Positions 1 to 9,554 of a stretch of DNA of 64,000 nucleotides are shown here, one piece after another. Location: NCBI GenBank assembly GCA_030693325.1, contig JAUYAV010000019.1, positions 1,324 to 65,323 of the forward strand. The letters are read 5' to 3'. A program made the translations under genes and the position numbers. How positions within the stretch are numbered: position 1 is the first letter of the stretch; each line of letters begins with the position of its first letter. The DNA comes from a bacterium (GTDB lineage: Bacteria > Patescibacteriota > Minisyncoccia > UBA6257 > MFKM01). The notes under the pieces were generated by a model, which saw nothing but the letters and a program-made list of their open reading frames with translations, made no database searches and was not told the origin of the DNA.

Positions 1-744
1 CAACATCGCCAAGGTCTTAACGGCCACCTCTTCGTCAATTTTCCCGTGAGAATAAACCTCGGTGAAATCCCGCGCTCTTTTCAAAAGCCGGTTAGCCACC
101 CGGGGCGTGAAACGCGAAGCCCGCGCCAAAATTTTCAAAGCCGGCGTATCTAATTCCACTCCCAGTAACCGCGCCGAACGCTGGAGGATTTTTTCAACGT
201 TTTCTAAATTATAATAGTCCAGCTTAAAAGTCGCTCCGAAACGGGAACGAAAAGGATTGGAAAGCAAACTGACTCTGACAGTTGCTCCCACTAAAGTGAA
301 GGGCGGCAAATCCAGGGAAAAACTCCGGGCCGATGGGCCTTTGCCGATAATTAAATGAATCTTCCGGCTTTCCATCGCCGGATAAAAAATTTCTTCAATT
401 AATTTATTAACGCGGTGAATTTCGTCAATAAAAAGAATATCGTTTGGCTCCAAATTGGTTAAAATCGCCACCAAGTCGCCGGCTTTTTCCAAAGCCGGAC
501 CGGTGGTGGTTTTGATATTCGTGCCCATTTCTTTAGCCAGTAAATTAGCCAAAGTGGTTTTACCCAAACCCGCCTGGCCGTAAAAAAGCAGGTGGTCGCA
601 GACCTCGCCCCGCTTTCTGGCCGCATCCATAATCATTTTCAAATTCTTTTTGACATTTTCCTGACCGACATAATCAGACCAGCTTGTCGGCCGCAGAATC
701 AAATCAATATTTTTATCCTCGTGATTATTTTTTTCTTTAGTCAT
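1..744 (-). CDS. ruvB: Holliday junction branch migration helicase RuvB (3' end outside window)
   Basis: Manual translation from ATG at 744: LRPTSWSDYVGQ, HLLFYGQAGLGKTTLA (Walker A), LFIDEIHR, PPFTLVGAT, FTPRVANRLL. Confidence 0.95.
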   Translation of the reverse strand, partial: MTKEKNNHEDKNIDLILRPTSWSDYVGQENVKKNLKMIMDAARKRGEVCDHLLFYGQAGLGKTTLANLLAKEMGTNIKTTTGPALEKAGDLVAILTNLEPNDILFIDEIHRVNKLIEEIFYPAMESRKIHLIIGKGPSARSFSLDLPPFTLVGATVRVSLLSNPFRSRFGATFKLDYYNLENVEKILQRSARLLGVELDTPALKILARASRFTPRVANRLLKRARDFTEVYSHGKIDEEVAVKTLAML

Positions 745-823
745 GATATTTTTGGTAATTAAGTAATTATTGTAATTACGGCAATTGTTTAATTACTTAT
801 TTACCTGATTACTCAATTACTTT

Positions 824-2524
824 TTAAAAAACCAACGGCCCGGTCAATTTTTCCACCTCTTCAAAAGTGGTCAAGCCGGAAAGAACTTTAATAATGCCGT
901 CCTGCTGCATGTTCACCATATCTTGTTCTTTGGTCAATTTTTGAAGGTCTAAATCCGTGACTTTTTCTGAAATCGCTCTCATCACTTCCGGGGTCATCAA
1001 GAACAATTCAAAAATACCAAGCCGCCCCTGATAACCCAAACCACCGCACCACTGACAGCCCTCGGCTTCAAAAATTTTTCCGCCAGAGGCGGATCCGCCT
1101 TGGGCGGAGAAATTATCAAAACTGCTTTTATCCACCCTTGCCGGCAATTGGCTGATAAATTTTTTAATTTTCTTGGCCAATAAATCATCAATTTTTGCCT
1201 CTTTTCTGCAAACCGGACAAAGTTTTCTGACCAAACGCTGAGCGATAATCAGATTAATGGAAGGCGAAATCACCGAGGGCTGAACGCCCAAGTCAATCAA
1301 GCGGGGAATAGCGCCCACTGCTTCGTTGGTGTGAAGCGTGGAGAAAACCAAATGACCGGTCAAAGCCGCGTGCATGGCGATCTGGGCGGTTTCCAAGTCG
1401 CGAATTTCGCCGACTAAAATAACATCCGGGTCCTGCCGCAAAATTGAACGCAGACCGTTGGAAAAATCATAACCGGCTTTAGGGTTAACCTGCGTCTGTT
1501 CAATTCCTTCAATATGATATTCTATCGGGTCTTCAATGGTAATAATTTTTATTTCCGGCTGATAAATTTTTTTGAGGAAAGCATAAAGAGTGGTAGTTTT
1601 ACCCGAGCCGGTCGGGCCGGTATTGAGAATCATTCCATTGGGACGCTTTAATTCTTTTCCGATAATTTCCAAATCGTCTTTTCGCAAACCCAGTTTTGCA
1701 AAATCAACTTTTATAATAGCGGGGTCTAAAATCCTCAAAACAATGGTTTCGCCGAACTCCGAGGGAATAATTGAAGTCCTGATTTCAATATCCACATTTT
1801 CCAAACCGATGGTGAAACGGCCGTCCTGCGGCTGGTCATGAATATTTAATTTCATTTTTGAAAGAAGTTTTATCCGGGAAACCAGCGCCAAATAAACAGA
1901 GGAAGATAAATCATATAAATCATAAAGCAAACCGTCTATCCGCAGCCGCAGTTTGGCGTTGGCCCGGGCCGGTTCAAAATGAATATCCGAAGCCCGGCTG
2001 ACGAAAGCGCCGGCTAAAATAATTTCCAAAATCTGGGAAATCTGCGGCTCTTTGAATTCCTGAAGCTGAATTTTAAATTTTTCAAGGTCGCTTATTTTTT
2101 TTGTTAATTCCTTTATTCTGTCGGAGGCAATTTCCACCTTGCCGGTGATTTCTTTAGCATCCGGAGTGACAAATTGATAAAAAGTCCAGGCGTAATTCAA
2201 ACTTTCCTGGGAAACAATAAATATTTCCGGTTCATAGCCGTCAATTTTTAATTTGGCAATTATTTTTTTGGCTTCGGAAGTATTCGGGTCAAAAACCGCC
2301 AAACTTAATTGTTTTTTCTTTAAAAGAAACGCGGCCAATTTGGCTTCCTCCGCTTCTTTGTTGTTTATCAAACGCAGGGCTTTGGTCTGAACCGGCACGG
2401 TCGCCAAACTGATATAAGAATAATTTAATTTAGTCGCCCGGCGCTGGGCTTCCCGCTCCTGGGCTTCGTGGCGCTCTTTGGCCAATATTTCCCCTAAATT
2501 AGAATTTTTTTGTTCCCCGATCAT
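824..2524 (-). CDS. pilB: Type IV pilus assembly ATPase, PilB/GspE family
   Basis: ASDIHFEP, RIDG, PQDGR, GPTGSGKTTTLY, TIEDPIEY, LRQDPDVILVGEIRD, TGHLVFSTLHTN, tetracysteine motif. Confidence 0.9.
   Translation of the reverse strand: MIGEQKNSNLGEILAKERHEAQEREAQRRATKLNYSYISLATVPVQTKALRLINNKEAEEAKLAAFLLKKKQLSLAVFDPNTSEAKKIIAKLKIDGYEPEIFIVSQESLNYAWTFYQFVTPDAKEITGKVEIASDRIKELTKKISDLEKFKIQLQEFKEPQISQILEIILAGAFVSRASDIHFEPARANAKLRLRIDGLLYDLYDLSSSVYLALVSRIKLLSKMKLNIHDQPQDGRFTIGLENVDIEIRTSIIPSEFGETIVLRILDPAIIKVDFAKLGLRKDDLEIIGKELKRPNGMILNTGPTGSGKTTTLYAFLKKIYQPEIKIITIEDPIEYHIEGIEQTQVNPKAGYDFSNGLRSILRQDPDVILVGEIRDLETAQIAMHAALTGHLVFSTLHTNEAVGAIPRLIDLGVQPSVISPSINLIIAQRLVRKLCPVCRKEAKIDDLLAKKIKKFISQLPARVDKSSFDNFSAQGGSASGGKIFEAEGCQWCGGLGYQGRLGIFELFLMTPEVMRAISEKVTDLDLQKLTKEQDMVNMQQDGIIKVLSGLTTFEEVEKLTGPLVF
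1079..1108. repeat. 30-bp double-hairpin palindrome inserted in-frame in pilB (encodes SAQGGSASGG)
   Basis: TCCGCCAGAGGCGGATCCGCCTTGGGCGGA; related half copy TCCGCCCGCCGGCGGA at about 9475-9490. Confidence 0.8.
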
Positions 2525-2613
2525 TTTAATTATTATACTCCGACTCTTAATTAAATAAAAAGGGCAGAATTAACCTTGTTTTCTCGCCAATATATCTTAT
2601 TTCGCCCTTAATA

Positions 2614-2641
2614 TTGACAAACTTCTAAAAATATGTATTAT
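2614..2641 (+). promoter_or_regulatory. Sigma70-type promoter for small lipoprotein gene
   Basis: TTGACA 2614-2619, 16-bp spacer, TATTAT 2636-2641; SD GGAGGTGG 2689-2696. Confidence 0.65.
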
Positions 2642-2699
2642 TATAGATAGGCTCTATATTAAGTTCATTTACATAAACCAATAAAAACGGAGGTGGAAA

Positions 2700-2954
2700 A
2701 TGAAAAAAACAGGTTTAATCCTTAGTTTCGTGTTTTTCGTATTAACGCTAAGCGGCTGCGCGATAACAATGGGGCGGCCTCAAAGTCCTTTAATAATAGA
2801 TTTCAAACAACCCGAGATAACGTTTTGGGGAAATCCTAATCCTTACCCTTACTGGTATGGATATTACCCAAATACTTATGTCGTGCAAAAAACATTAATT
2901 TACAGAAACTATGGAAACTATCGTCCCCGCCACTATCCGCGCCACAGGAGATGA
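2700..2954 (+). CDS. Small putative lipoprotein, Tyr/Pro/Arg-rich tail
   Basis: MKK + hydrophobic stretch + lipobox-like LSGC; own promoter, SD and terminator. Confidence 0.7.
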   Translation: MKKTGLILSFVFFVLTLSGCAITMGRPQSPLIIDFKQPEITFWGNPNPYPYWYGYYPNTYVVQKTLIYRNYGNYRPRHYPRHRR

Positions 2955-2975
2955 CATCTCCGACAAAATCAATTT

Positions 2976-3012
2976 ACCCCGACTCAATTTAACGAGTCGG
3001 GGTTTTTATTTT
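2976..3012 (+). terminator. Intrinsic terminator
   Basis: ACCCCGACTC-loop-GAGTCGGGGT followed by T tract. Confidence 0.8.
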
Positions 3013-3058
3013 GAATAGATATTTTTGCGCTTTCGCTTAAAATTTATATAATTATGGC

Positions 3059-3583
3059 ATGTCAGGACATTCTCACTCTAAAACCATAAAACACGAAAAA
3101 AATGCCACCGACCAAAACCGCGGCCGGTTGTTCTCAAAATTGCTTAATGCGGTGGCAATTGCCGCCCGAGAAGAACCCAATCCCCAATTCAATCCCCGGT
3201 TGCGGACCACTATTGAAAAAGCCCGCCAAAACAATGTTCCCCAGGAAAATATTGAACGGGCGGTCAAACGCGCTTCGGAAGATAAAACTCTGGAAGAATT
3301 GATTATCGGCGCCTATGGCCCGGAAGGAGTCGCGGTTTTAGTTGAGGCCATCACTGATAATAAAAACCGCACCATCCCTGAAATAAAAAAAATCCTCAGC
3401 GACCATGATGCTAAGTTTACCGAGCCGGAAAGCGTTCTTTGGGCTTTTGAAAACAAAGACGGTCAATGGCAAGCCAAATTCAAACAACCGGTTTCCGAGG
3501 AAAGTAAAAACAAAATAAACGAACTTATTGAGACGCTGGAAGAGCAAGATGATGTTCAAAAAATAATAACGAATAGTAATTGA
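3059..3583 (+). CDS. yebC: YebC/PmpR family protein (short form)
   Basis: MSGHS, NPRLR, NIERA, YGPEGVAVLVEAITDNKNRT, DDVQKI; next to ruvC. Confidence 0.9.
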   Translation: MSGHSHSKTIKHEKNATDQNRGRLFSKLLNAVAIAAREEPNPQFNPRLRTTIEKARQNNVPQENIERAVKRASEDKTLEELIIGAYGPEGVAVLVEAITDNKNRTIPEIKKILSDHDAKFTEPESVLWAFENKDGQWQAKFKQPVSEESKNKINELIETLEEQDDVQKIITNSN

Positions 3584-3636
3584 GTAATTGGGTAATTACT
3601 GTAATTACGGTAATTACTTAATTACTAAAATTTTCT

Positions 3637-4137
3637 ATGAAAATTTTAGGTATTGACCCCGGCAGTACTCGCATCGGTTACGGCTTAATTGATAAAAAGG
3701 GAAGTGATTTAAAATTTCTTAAAGCCGGCCTTTTAAAAATTTCATCTACAAACAAAAACCAGCGATTACTGGACTTGGAAAATTCATTTACTCAACTGCT
3801 TAAAAAAGAAAAACCTGACTTAGTCGCCTTGGAAAAACTTTATTTTGCCAAAAATCTAAAGACCGCCCTGGAAGTCAGCCAGTCGCGGGGAGTTTTGATT
3901 TTGATAATTTTAAAAAATAAACTGCCGCTGATTGAAATCTCTCCTTCCGAAGCCAAGCTGATAGTCGCCGGCGACGGCCGGGCCTCAAAAGAAGCCGTCG
4001 CTAAAATGGTTGGCCATTGTTTAAAAATTAATACCGCCAAACAAATTGATGATATTACCGACGCGCTCGCTTTAGCGATCGCCGCCGTCAATATTTACCG
4101 CAATTCCCTGCGGGGGTTGACCCCGTTAGAAGTCTAA
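3637..4137 (+). CDS. ruvC: Holliday junction resolvase RuvC
   Basis: ILGIDPG, ALEKLYF, QSRGV, GRASKEAV, DDITDALALA; last codons fall within a MITE end. Confidence 0.93.
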   Translation: MKILGIDPGSTRIGYGLIDKKGSDLKFLKAGLLKISSTNKNQRLLDLENSFTQLLKKEKPDLVALEKLYFAKNLKTALEVSQSRGVLILIILKNKLPLIEISPSEAKLIVAGDGRASKEAVAKMVGHCLKINTAKQIDDITDALALAIAAVNIYRNSLRGLTPLEV

Positions 4138-4303
4138 CTTAATCTGATGTAGCATAAAATAAATATTTAGATATAATTTAAGATTAATCCTAATAAATGC
4201 CAAGTATAAAAATTTAATAAACCCCGTTAGAAAGAGTAAGAATTTAAGTCTATCCGTCCTTTCCGAAAACAGAGCTATAAACTGAAAAACTTTCTAACGG
4301 GGG
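4121..4303. mobile_element. MITE (CCCCGTTAGAA...TTCTAACGGGG family), composite copy with second left end at 4222
   Basis: Terminal inverted repeats; TTGA on both flanks. Confidence 0.75.
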
Positions 4304-4369
4304 TTGACAGGCGCTAGTTTATTAATATAATGACCGCAAAGAATAAAGGTCGTTAAAATTTTAAAACAT

Positions 4370-4489
4370 ATGGCCGAAGATATTTGCCCGGAATGCGGCA
4401 ACACATTAGCAAACAACTCCTGCCCTGTTTGCGGCTTTGAAAAAGAAACAGAGAAAGAAGAGCCAGTAGAAACCCAGGAGGCAGAATAA
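4370..4489 (+). CDS. Unannotated 39-aa zinc-ribbon protein MAEDICPECGNTLANNSCPVCGFEKETEKEEPVETQEAE
   Basis: CPECG...CPVCG, acidic tail; upstream TTGACA(4304)-16-TATAAT(4326). Confidence 0.7.
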   Translation: MAEDICPECGNTLANNSCPVCGFEKETEKEEPVETQEAE

Positions 4490-4536
4490 TAAAAAAGAAT
4501 CAGGGACCAAGCCCCGTAGGTACCTTCCAAGCAGGA

Positions 4537-5709
4537 CTACGGGGTAAGTTTTATAAAATGATGCTTCCCTGCTTTTAAGATACTGGGTTTGTTGATAGAA
4601 ATTTTTTGACGCCAATCTTTAACGGTTTGGCCGTCTAAAGAAACCGCCCCCTGCTCAATTAATCGCTGGGCATCGGAAAGAGATTTAGCTAAATCGCATT
4701 TAACTAACAACTCTTTGGCCCCGATTGAGCAAGGGGTTATTTTTATGGTTTTGATTTGACTTGGGGGTTCTCCCTCTCTAAAAACTTTGATAAATTCTTC
4801 CTGGGCTTGGCCGGCTGTTTTATCTCCGTGATAAAATTTAACGATTTCCCGGGCTAATCTCAATTTTTGGTCTCGGGGGTTAAGACTGGCAATCTCTTCT
4901 TGCGACACATCGGTAAGTAATTCAAAATATCTGCTCATAATCTTATCCGGGATAGACATAATTTTTCCAAACATTTTAAACGGATCTTCGGTCAAGCCAA
5001 TATAATTATCGGAACTTTTACTCATTTTTTTTATCCCATCAATTCCCTCCAGTAAAGGCACCGTAATAATATCTTGCTCCGGCTGATTAAATTTCTGCTG
5101 GACTTTGCGGCCCATCAGCAGATTAAATTTTTGGTCTGTTCCTCCAATTTCCACGTCTGCCTTGAGTTCAACAGAGTCATAGCCCTGCAAAAGGGGATAA
5201 ATCAACTCTAAAAGGCTTATATCGGCTTTCGCTTCTATTCGGCGCTGGAATTCTTCTCTTTCAATTAATTGGGCGTAAGTAAAACGGGAAGTAATTTTAA
5301 CAACGAAATCCATTCCTTTTTTGGCATACCATTCGCTGTTGTAACGGATTTCAACTTTTTTTATATCTAAAATTTTAGCGGCCTGTTGGATATAATCCGC
5401 CATATTTTTTTGAACCTCGGCTTTCGTTAATGGTTTCCGGGCGTTGGCTCTGCCAGACGGATCGCCGATCATCGCCGTGAAATCGCCCACCAAAAGAATA
5501 ACCTGGTGGCCTAAATCCTGAAATTGTTTTAATTTCAAAAGAGAAACACTATGGCCCAAATGAAAATCTGGTGAAGTCGGGTCAATGCCGAATTTTACTC
5601 TCAATTTCGCTCCGGATTTTAATTTCTCTTCTAAGTGTTTTTTTAGAATCACCTCTTCCACTCCTTTGGTCAGTAAATTTTTAACTTTGTCCTCTAATTT
5701 ATCTTTCAT
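4537..5709 (-). CDS. tyrS: Tyrosine--tRNA ligase
   Basis: GIDPTSPDFHLGH, GDPSG, YPLLQGYD, GGTDQKFN, KMSKS, C-terminal S4 domain. Confidence 0.96.
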   Translation of the reverse strand: MKDKLEDKVKNLLTKGVEEVILKKHLEEKLKSGAKLRVKFGIDPTSPDFHLGHSVSLLKLKQFQDLGHQVILLVGDFTAMIGDPSGRANARKPLTKAEVQKNMADYIQQAAKILDIKKVEIRYNSEWYAKKGMDFVVKITSRFTYAQLIEREEFQRRIEAKADISLLELIYPLLQGYDSVELKADVEIGGTDQKFNLLMGRKVQQKFNQPEQDIITVPLLEGIDGIKKMSKSSDNYIGLTEDPFKMFGKIMSIPDKIMSRYFELLTDVSQEEIASLNPRDQKLRLAREIVKFYHGDKTAGQAQEEFIKVFREGEPPSQIKTIKITPCSIGAKELLVKCDLAKSLSDAQRLIEQGAVSLDGQTVKDWRQKISINKPSILKAGKHHFIKLTP

Positions 5710-5746
5710 TTTATTATTGTTATTATTAACAATAATAACACAACAA

Positions 5747-8212
5747 ATGAAGCCAAAAAAGAAAAAAATTATAAAAATATTCGGTTTGACAACGCTGGTT
5801 GTTTTAGTTTTAGCGGCAACCGGTTTAATATACCTGTCTTCGCTGATAAAAAATTTACCAGTTTTAGACCAAATCAGCGACTACCAACTGGCCCAGTCAA
5901 CTCAAATTTACGACCGGACAGGCAAAGTCCTGCTCTACGAAATCCACGGTCAGGAGAAAAGGACGGTCATTCCTTTTGAAGAAATCCCTGATTATGTCAA
6001 AAAAGCGACTATCGCTATTGAAGACCACGGTTTTTACAACCATCCTGCTTTTGACCTTAAAGCCATTGTCCGGGCCCTTTTTAATAATTTAATTCATGGC
6101 CAATCCAAGGGCGCATCCACTATTACCCAGCAATTAGCCAAAAATGCTTTCCTTTCGCCGGAAAAAACAATTCAAAGAAAAATAAAAGAACTCGCCTTGG
6201 CCATTGAGTTGGAGCGTTATTACGCCAAAGACGAAATTTTAACTTTTTATCTTAACCAAATCCCTTACGGCTCAAATATTTACGGCATTGAAGCCGCCGC
6301 CCAGGCCTATTTCGGCAAACCAGCCAAAGAACTTGACTTAGCCGAAGCCGCCGTTTTGGCCGCCGCGATCCAGGCGCCCAGTTATTATTCTCCCTGGGGT
6401 TCTCGTTTGGACGAACTTAAAAAACGCCAAGAACTTGTTTTGGACGAAATGTTAAAACAGGGTTTTATTGATGCCGGGCAAAAAGAACAAGCCATAAAAA
6501 CCAAACTGGTTTTCGCCTCTCCGTCTCTTAGCGGCATTAAAGCCCCGCATTTTGTTATGGAAGTGAAAGAATATCTGGTCAACCGCTACGGAGAAGAAAT
6601 GGTCCAAAAAGGCGGTTTAAAAGTTATCACGACACTTAATTACGAACTGCAGAAATCAGCGGAAACAGCGGTGACTGAAGGCGCCCAACGCAATGATACT
6701 CTCTATAAGGGAAAGAACGCCGCCTTGGTGGCTCAAGACGCTAAAACAGGCCAAATTTTAGCGCTGGTTGGCTCTCGCAACTATTATGATATTGAGAACG
6801 AGGGCAACTTTAATGTCGCTACCCAGGGCCTGCGCCAGCCCGGTTCCGCGCTCAAGCCCTTCGTTTATCTGACCGCTTTTGAAAGGGGGTATACTCCGGA
6901 CACGATATTATTTGATGTGCCTACTGAATTTACCGCCAACAATCCACTCTGTCCCGCGATAGTTGATTTCAACAATGAGAATCCGGTTTGTTTTCATCCT
7001 CGTAATTTCGATAAACAATTCCGTGGTCCGGTTGATTTAAAAAATGCCCTAGCTCAATCAATCAACATACCTGCGGTCAAGATGCTTTACCTGTCCGGTT
7101 TGGATAATGTTGTAAAAACTCTTCACAATTTCGGCATCACCACCTTGACCGATCCCCGGCGTTACGGCTTATCGCTGGTTTTAGGCGGCGGCGAAGTCAA
7201 GCTTATAGATTTAGTTGAGGCCTATTCCGTTTTAAGCCAGGAAGGGATCAAACATCCCCAGACCATAATTTTGGAAGTTAAAGACAGTAATGGAAAAATT
7301 CTGGAAGAATATCAAGACCGAAGTACAAAAATCGTTGATCCGCTTTATCCGCAATTAATAAACAATATTCTTTCCGACAAGGATTTGCGCCAGCCGCTTT
7401 TTTCTTCCAGTTTGAATCTCACGGTTTTCCCAGACCAGGAAGTCGCCTTGAAAACGGGAACCAGCAACAACTTCCACGATGCCTGGGCTTTGGGCTACAC
7501 CCCCTCTTTTGTGGTCGGGGTTTGGGCCGGAAATAATAATAATGCCCCGATGCAACAGCAAGCCGGCAGTATTCTGGCTGCCGTTCCTATCTGGCACGCT
7601 TTTATGGAAGAGATTTTAAAAAATGCGACCACTACCGAAACCTTCACCCGGCCGTATTCGATTTCAGCCGAAAAACCCATTCTCCGCGGCGAAGCCGTTA
7701 TTAACTATCAAGTCAATGGCGTGGAATATCCTCAAATTCATGACATTCTTTATTATATAGACAAAAACAACCCCCAAGGGCCAATCCCTCAAAACCCCCA
7801 AGACGATCCGCAATTTCAAAACTGGGAAGAAGAATTAATGGAATGGTTGAAACAGAATCTTCCGGATTTCAGCCGTTATAATCAAACGCCGCCGGGGTTA
7901 ACCCAGAATTCCAATACCGGACAAAATTCCAAACTGGAAATTGCCGCCTTTTCGCCTAATAATGGGGATTTCGTGAAAGACGCGATAAATATTAAGGCCA
8001 CAATAAAATCAGATGTTAATCTGGATAAAATTGAACTCTATTTTAATAATCAATTAATTGACCGCAAAAGTCCGGGGTCTCTTGGAGTATATGAATACCA
8101 ATACCAAATTGCCAATCAAAAATTTGATCTCCAAAATTCTCTTAAAATAAAAGTCAGTGATGTTTACGGAAATTCCGCCGAAAAAGAAGTAATAGTTTTT
8201 CAATTACTGTAA
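5747..8212 (+). CDS. Class A penicillin-binding protein (transglycosylase-transpeptidase) with C-terminal Ig-like domain; likely start ATG 5747
   Basis: IEDHGFY, GASTITQQLAKN, RKIKE, YLNQIPYG, RQPGSALKP (SxxK), SIN, KTGT; longer ORF overlaps tyrS. Confidence 0.92.
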   Translation: MKPKKKKIIKIFGLTTLVVLVLAATGLIYLSSLIKNLPVLDQISDYQLAQSTQIYDRTGKVLLYEIHGQEKRTVIPFEEIPDYVKKATIAIEDHGFYNHPAFDLKAIVRALFNNLIHGQSKGASTITQQLAKNAFLSPEKTIQRKIKELALAIELERYYAKDEILTFYLNQIPYGSNIYGIEAAAQAYFGKPAKELDLAEAAVLAAAIQAPSYYSPWGSRLDELKKRQELVLDEMLKQGFIDAGQKEQAIKTKLVFASPSLSGIKAPHFVMEVKEYLVNRYGEEMVQKGGLKVITTLNYELQKSAETAVTEGAQRNDTLYKGKNAALVAQDAKTGQILALVGSRNYYDIENEGNFNVATQGLRQPGSALKPFVYLTAFERGYTPDTILFDVPTEFTANNPLCPAIVDFNNENPVCFHPRNFDKQFRGPVDLKNALAQSINIPAVKMLYLSGLDNVVKTLHNFGITTLTDPRRYGLSLVLGGGEVKLIDLVEAYSVLSQEGIKHPQTIILEVKDSNGKILEEYQDRSTKIVDPLYPQLINNILSDKDLRQPLFSSSLNLTVFPDQEVALKTGTSNNFHDAWALGYTPSFVVGVWAGNNNNAPMQQQAGSILAAVPIWHAFMEEILKNATTTETFTRPYSISAEKPILRGEAVINYQVNGVEYPQIHDILYYIDKNNPQGPIPQNPQDDPQFQNWEEELMEWLKQNLPDFSRYNQTPPGLTQNSNTGQNSKLEIAAFSPNNGDFVKDAINIKATIKSDVNLDKIELYFNNQLIDRKSPGSLGVYEYQYQIANQKFDLQNSLKIKVSDVYGNSAEKEVIVFQLL

Positions 8213-8241
8213 TTACGGTAATTACGGTAATTACGGTAATT

Positions 8242-9351
8242 TTAAGCCCTGATCGGCATCAGAATATAAAACCAATTTTTGTCAGCCGGAGACTTAACCA
8301 CCGCCGGTTGATTGTCATTATTGAATCCCAGGATAATTTCTTTGTCCTCCAATGATTTCAGCCCGTCAAGCAAATACCGGCCATTAAATGAAATATCCAG
8401 ATTATGCCCGTTAATTTTAGCCGGCAATAAATAATGGTTTTCCCCCACGGCGCTATCGGCGGAATAAATTTCCAAAAATTTTTTATTTTCTCCGATTTTT
8501 AATTTTATCTCGTTGACCCTGCCGGAAAAAATACTGGTCAATTTTAAAGCATTCACTAATTCGCTTTTATTAATCACTAATTCGCTTTTAAGCTCCTGAG
8601 GGATAATGCTTTGATAATCGGGAAATTTTCCTTCTATCAACCGCGAAATAATTTCCAATTCCCCTGTTTTGAAAAGTATCTGGTTTTGGTTTATAGAAAT
8701 ATCCAATTCGCTGTCATTAGGGACTGTTTTTAAAATCTCTTGAAGAGTTTTTAGGGGAATTATAATTTCAAACCCTTCTTCAAAATTACTTTTAAATTGG
8801 TCGGCGGAAATAATTTTCTCCGATAATCTAAAACTATCCGTGCCGGTCAATTTTAGATAATCAAGCTGATAACTAAATAAACACCCGTTGATTTCCGGCC
8901 GAATTTCAGAATACTGAATACTATTAATAATTTTTAATAAGGCTGATTTAAAAATCCCTGAATTTATTTTTATAAATTTATCAGTGTGGTTGATCTTTGG
9001 AATAATCGGAAAATCCTCGGGATTCAACCCTTGAATAGTCGCTTCGTAATTATCGGTTTTTATTAATAAATTAAAATCTTTATTTTCTAAGGTAATTCTC
9101 TCAGTTGTTAAATTATTGACGATATTGGAAAAAATATTTAAAGGGACCGTTATTAAGCCGCCTTCTATGATTTTCCCGGGCGCCCGATAATTAACCGCTA
9201 ATTCCAAATTAGTGCCCGAAAAATTAATTTTATTATCCTCGCTCTTAATGAGAATATTTTTTAAAATCGGCAAATTTAAGTTATCCCCAATTGCGCCCTC
9301 AATAGAACGCAATGCTTCTTTTAAATTATTATTTAATATAATTAATCTCAT
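8242..9351 (-). CDS. dnaN: DNA polymerase III beta clamp
   Basis: LPILKN, GTNLE, TDSFRL, SRLIEGKFPDY, FNGRYLLD, ILMPIR; follows dnaA. Confidence 0.95.
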   Translation of the reverse strand: MRLIILNNNLKEALRSIEGAIGDNLNLPILKNILIKSEDNKINFSGTNLELAVNYRAPGKIIEGGLITVPLNIFSNIVNNLTTERITLENKDFNLLIKTDNYEATIQGLNPEDFPIIPKINHTDKFIKINSGIFKSALLKIINSIQYSEIRPEINGCLFSYQLDYLKLTGTDSFRLSEKIISADQFKSNFEEGFEIIIPLKTLQEILKTVPNDSELDISINQNQILFKTGELEIISRLIEGKFPDYQSIIPQELKSELVINKSELVNALKLTSIFSGRVNEIKLKIGENKKFLEIYSADSAVGENHYLLPAKINGHNLDISFNGRYLLDGLKSLEDKEIILGFNNDNQPAVVKSPADKNWFYILMPIRA

Positions 9352-9554
9352 AATAGTAGTAGTGTTGGTTTAATTTGTGGAAATATTATTTTTTTTGTTT
9401 CTAAATATAGATTTTTACTTAAAATAACTTGTGGAAATTTATTGGAAAACCGGGGATAAAATAAATTATTTTTTTCCGCCCGCCGGCGGATATATTTTTT
9501 TATCCTCTTTTTATTAAGTTAATATTAACAATAAATTCACAACTTATCCAGATA
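9352..9554. other. Probable oriC region (dnaA-dnaN intergenic)
   Basis: Very AT-rich with DnaA-box-like TGTGGAAAT x2, GGGGATAA, TTATCCTCT, TTATCCAGA; more boxes upstream of dnaA (TGTTGATAA, TGGGGATAA at about 11010-11029). Confidence 0.7.

Noticed and set aside
5585-5746. N-terminal extensions in the ORF track (PBP; also 34149, 36837, 42036, 45984, 60887)
   Set aside because: They overlap neighbouring genes, a tRNA or repeats; downstream ATGs give typical N-termini
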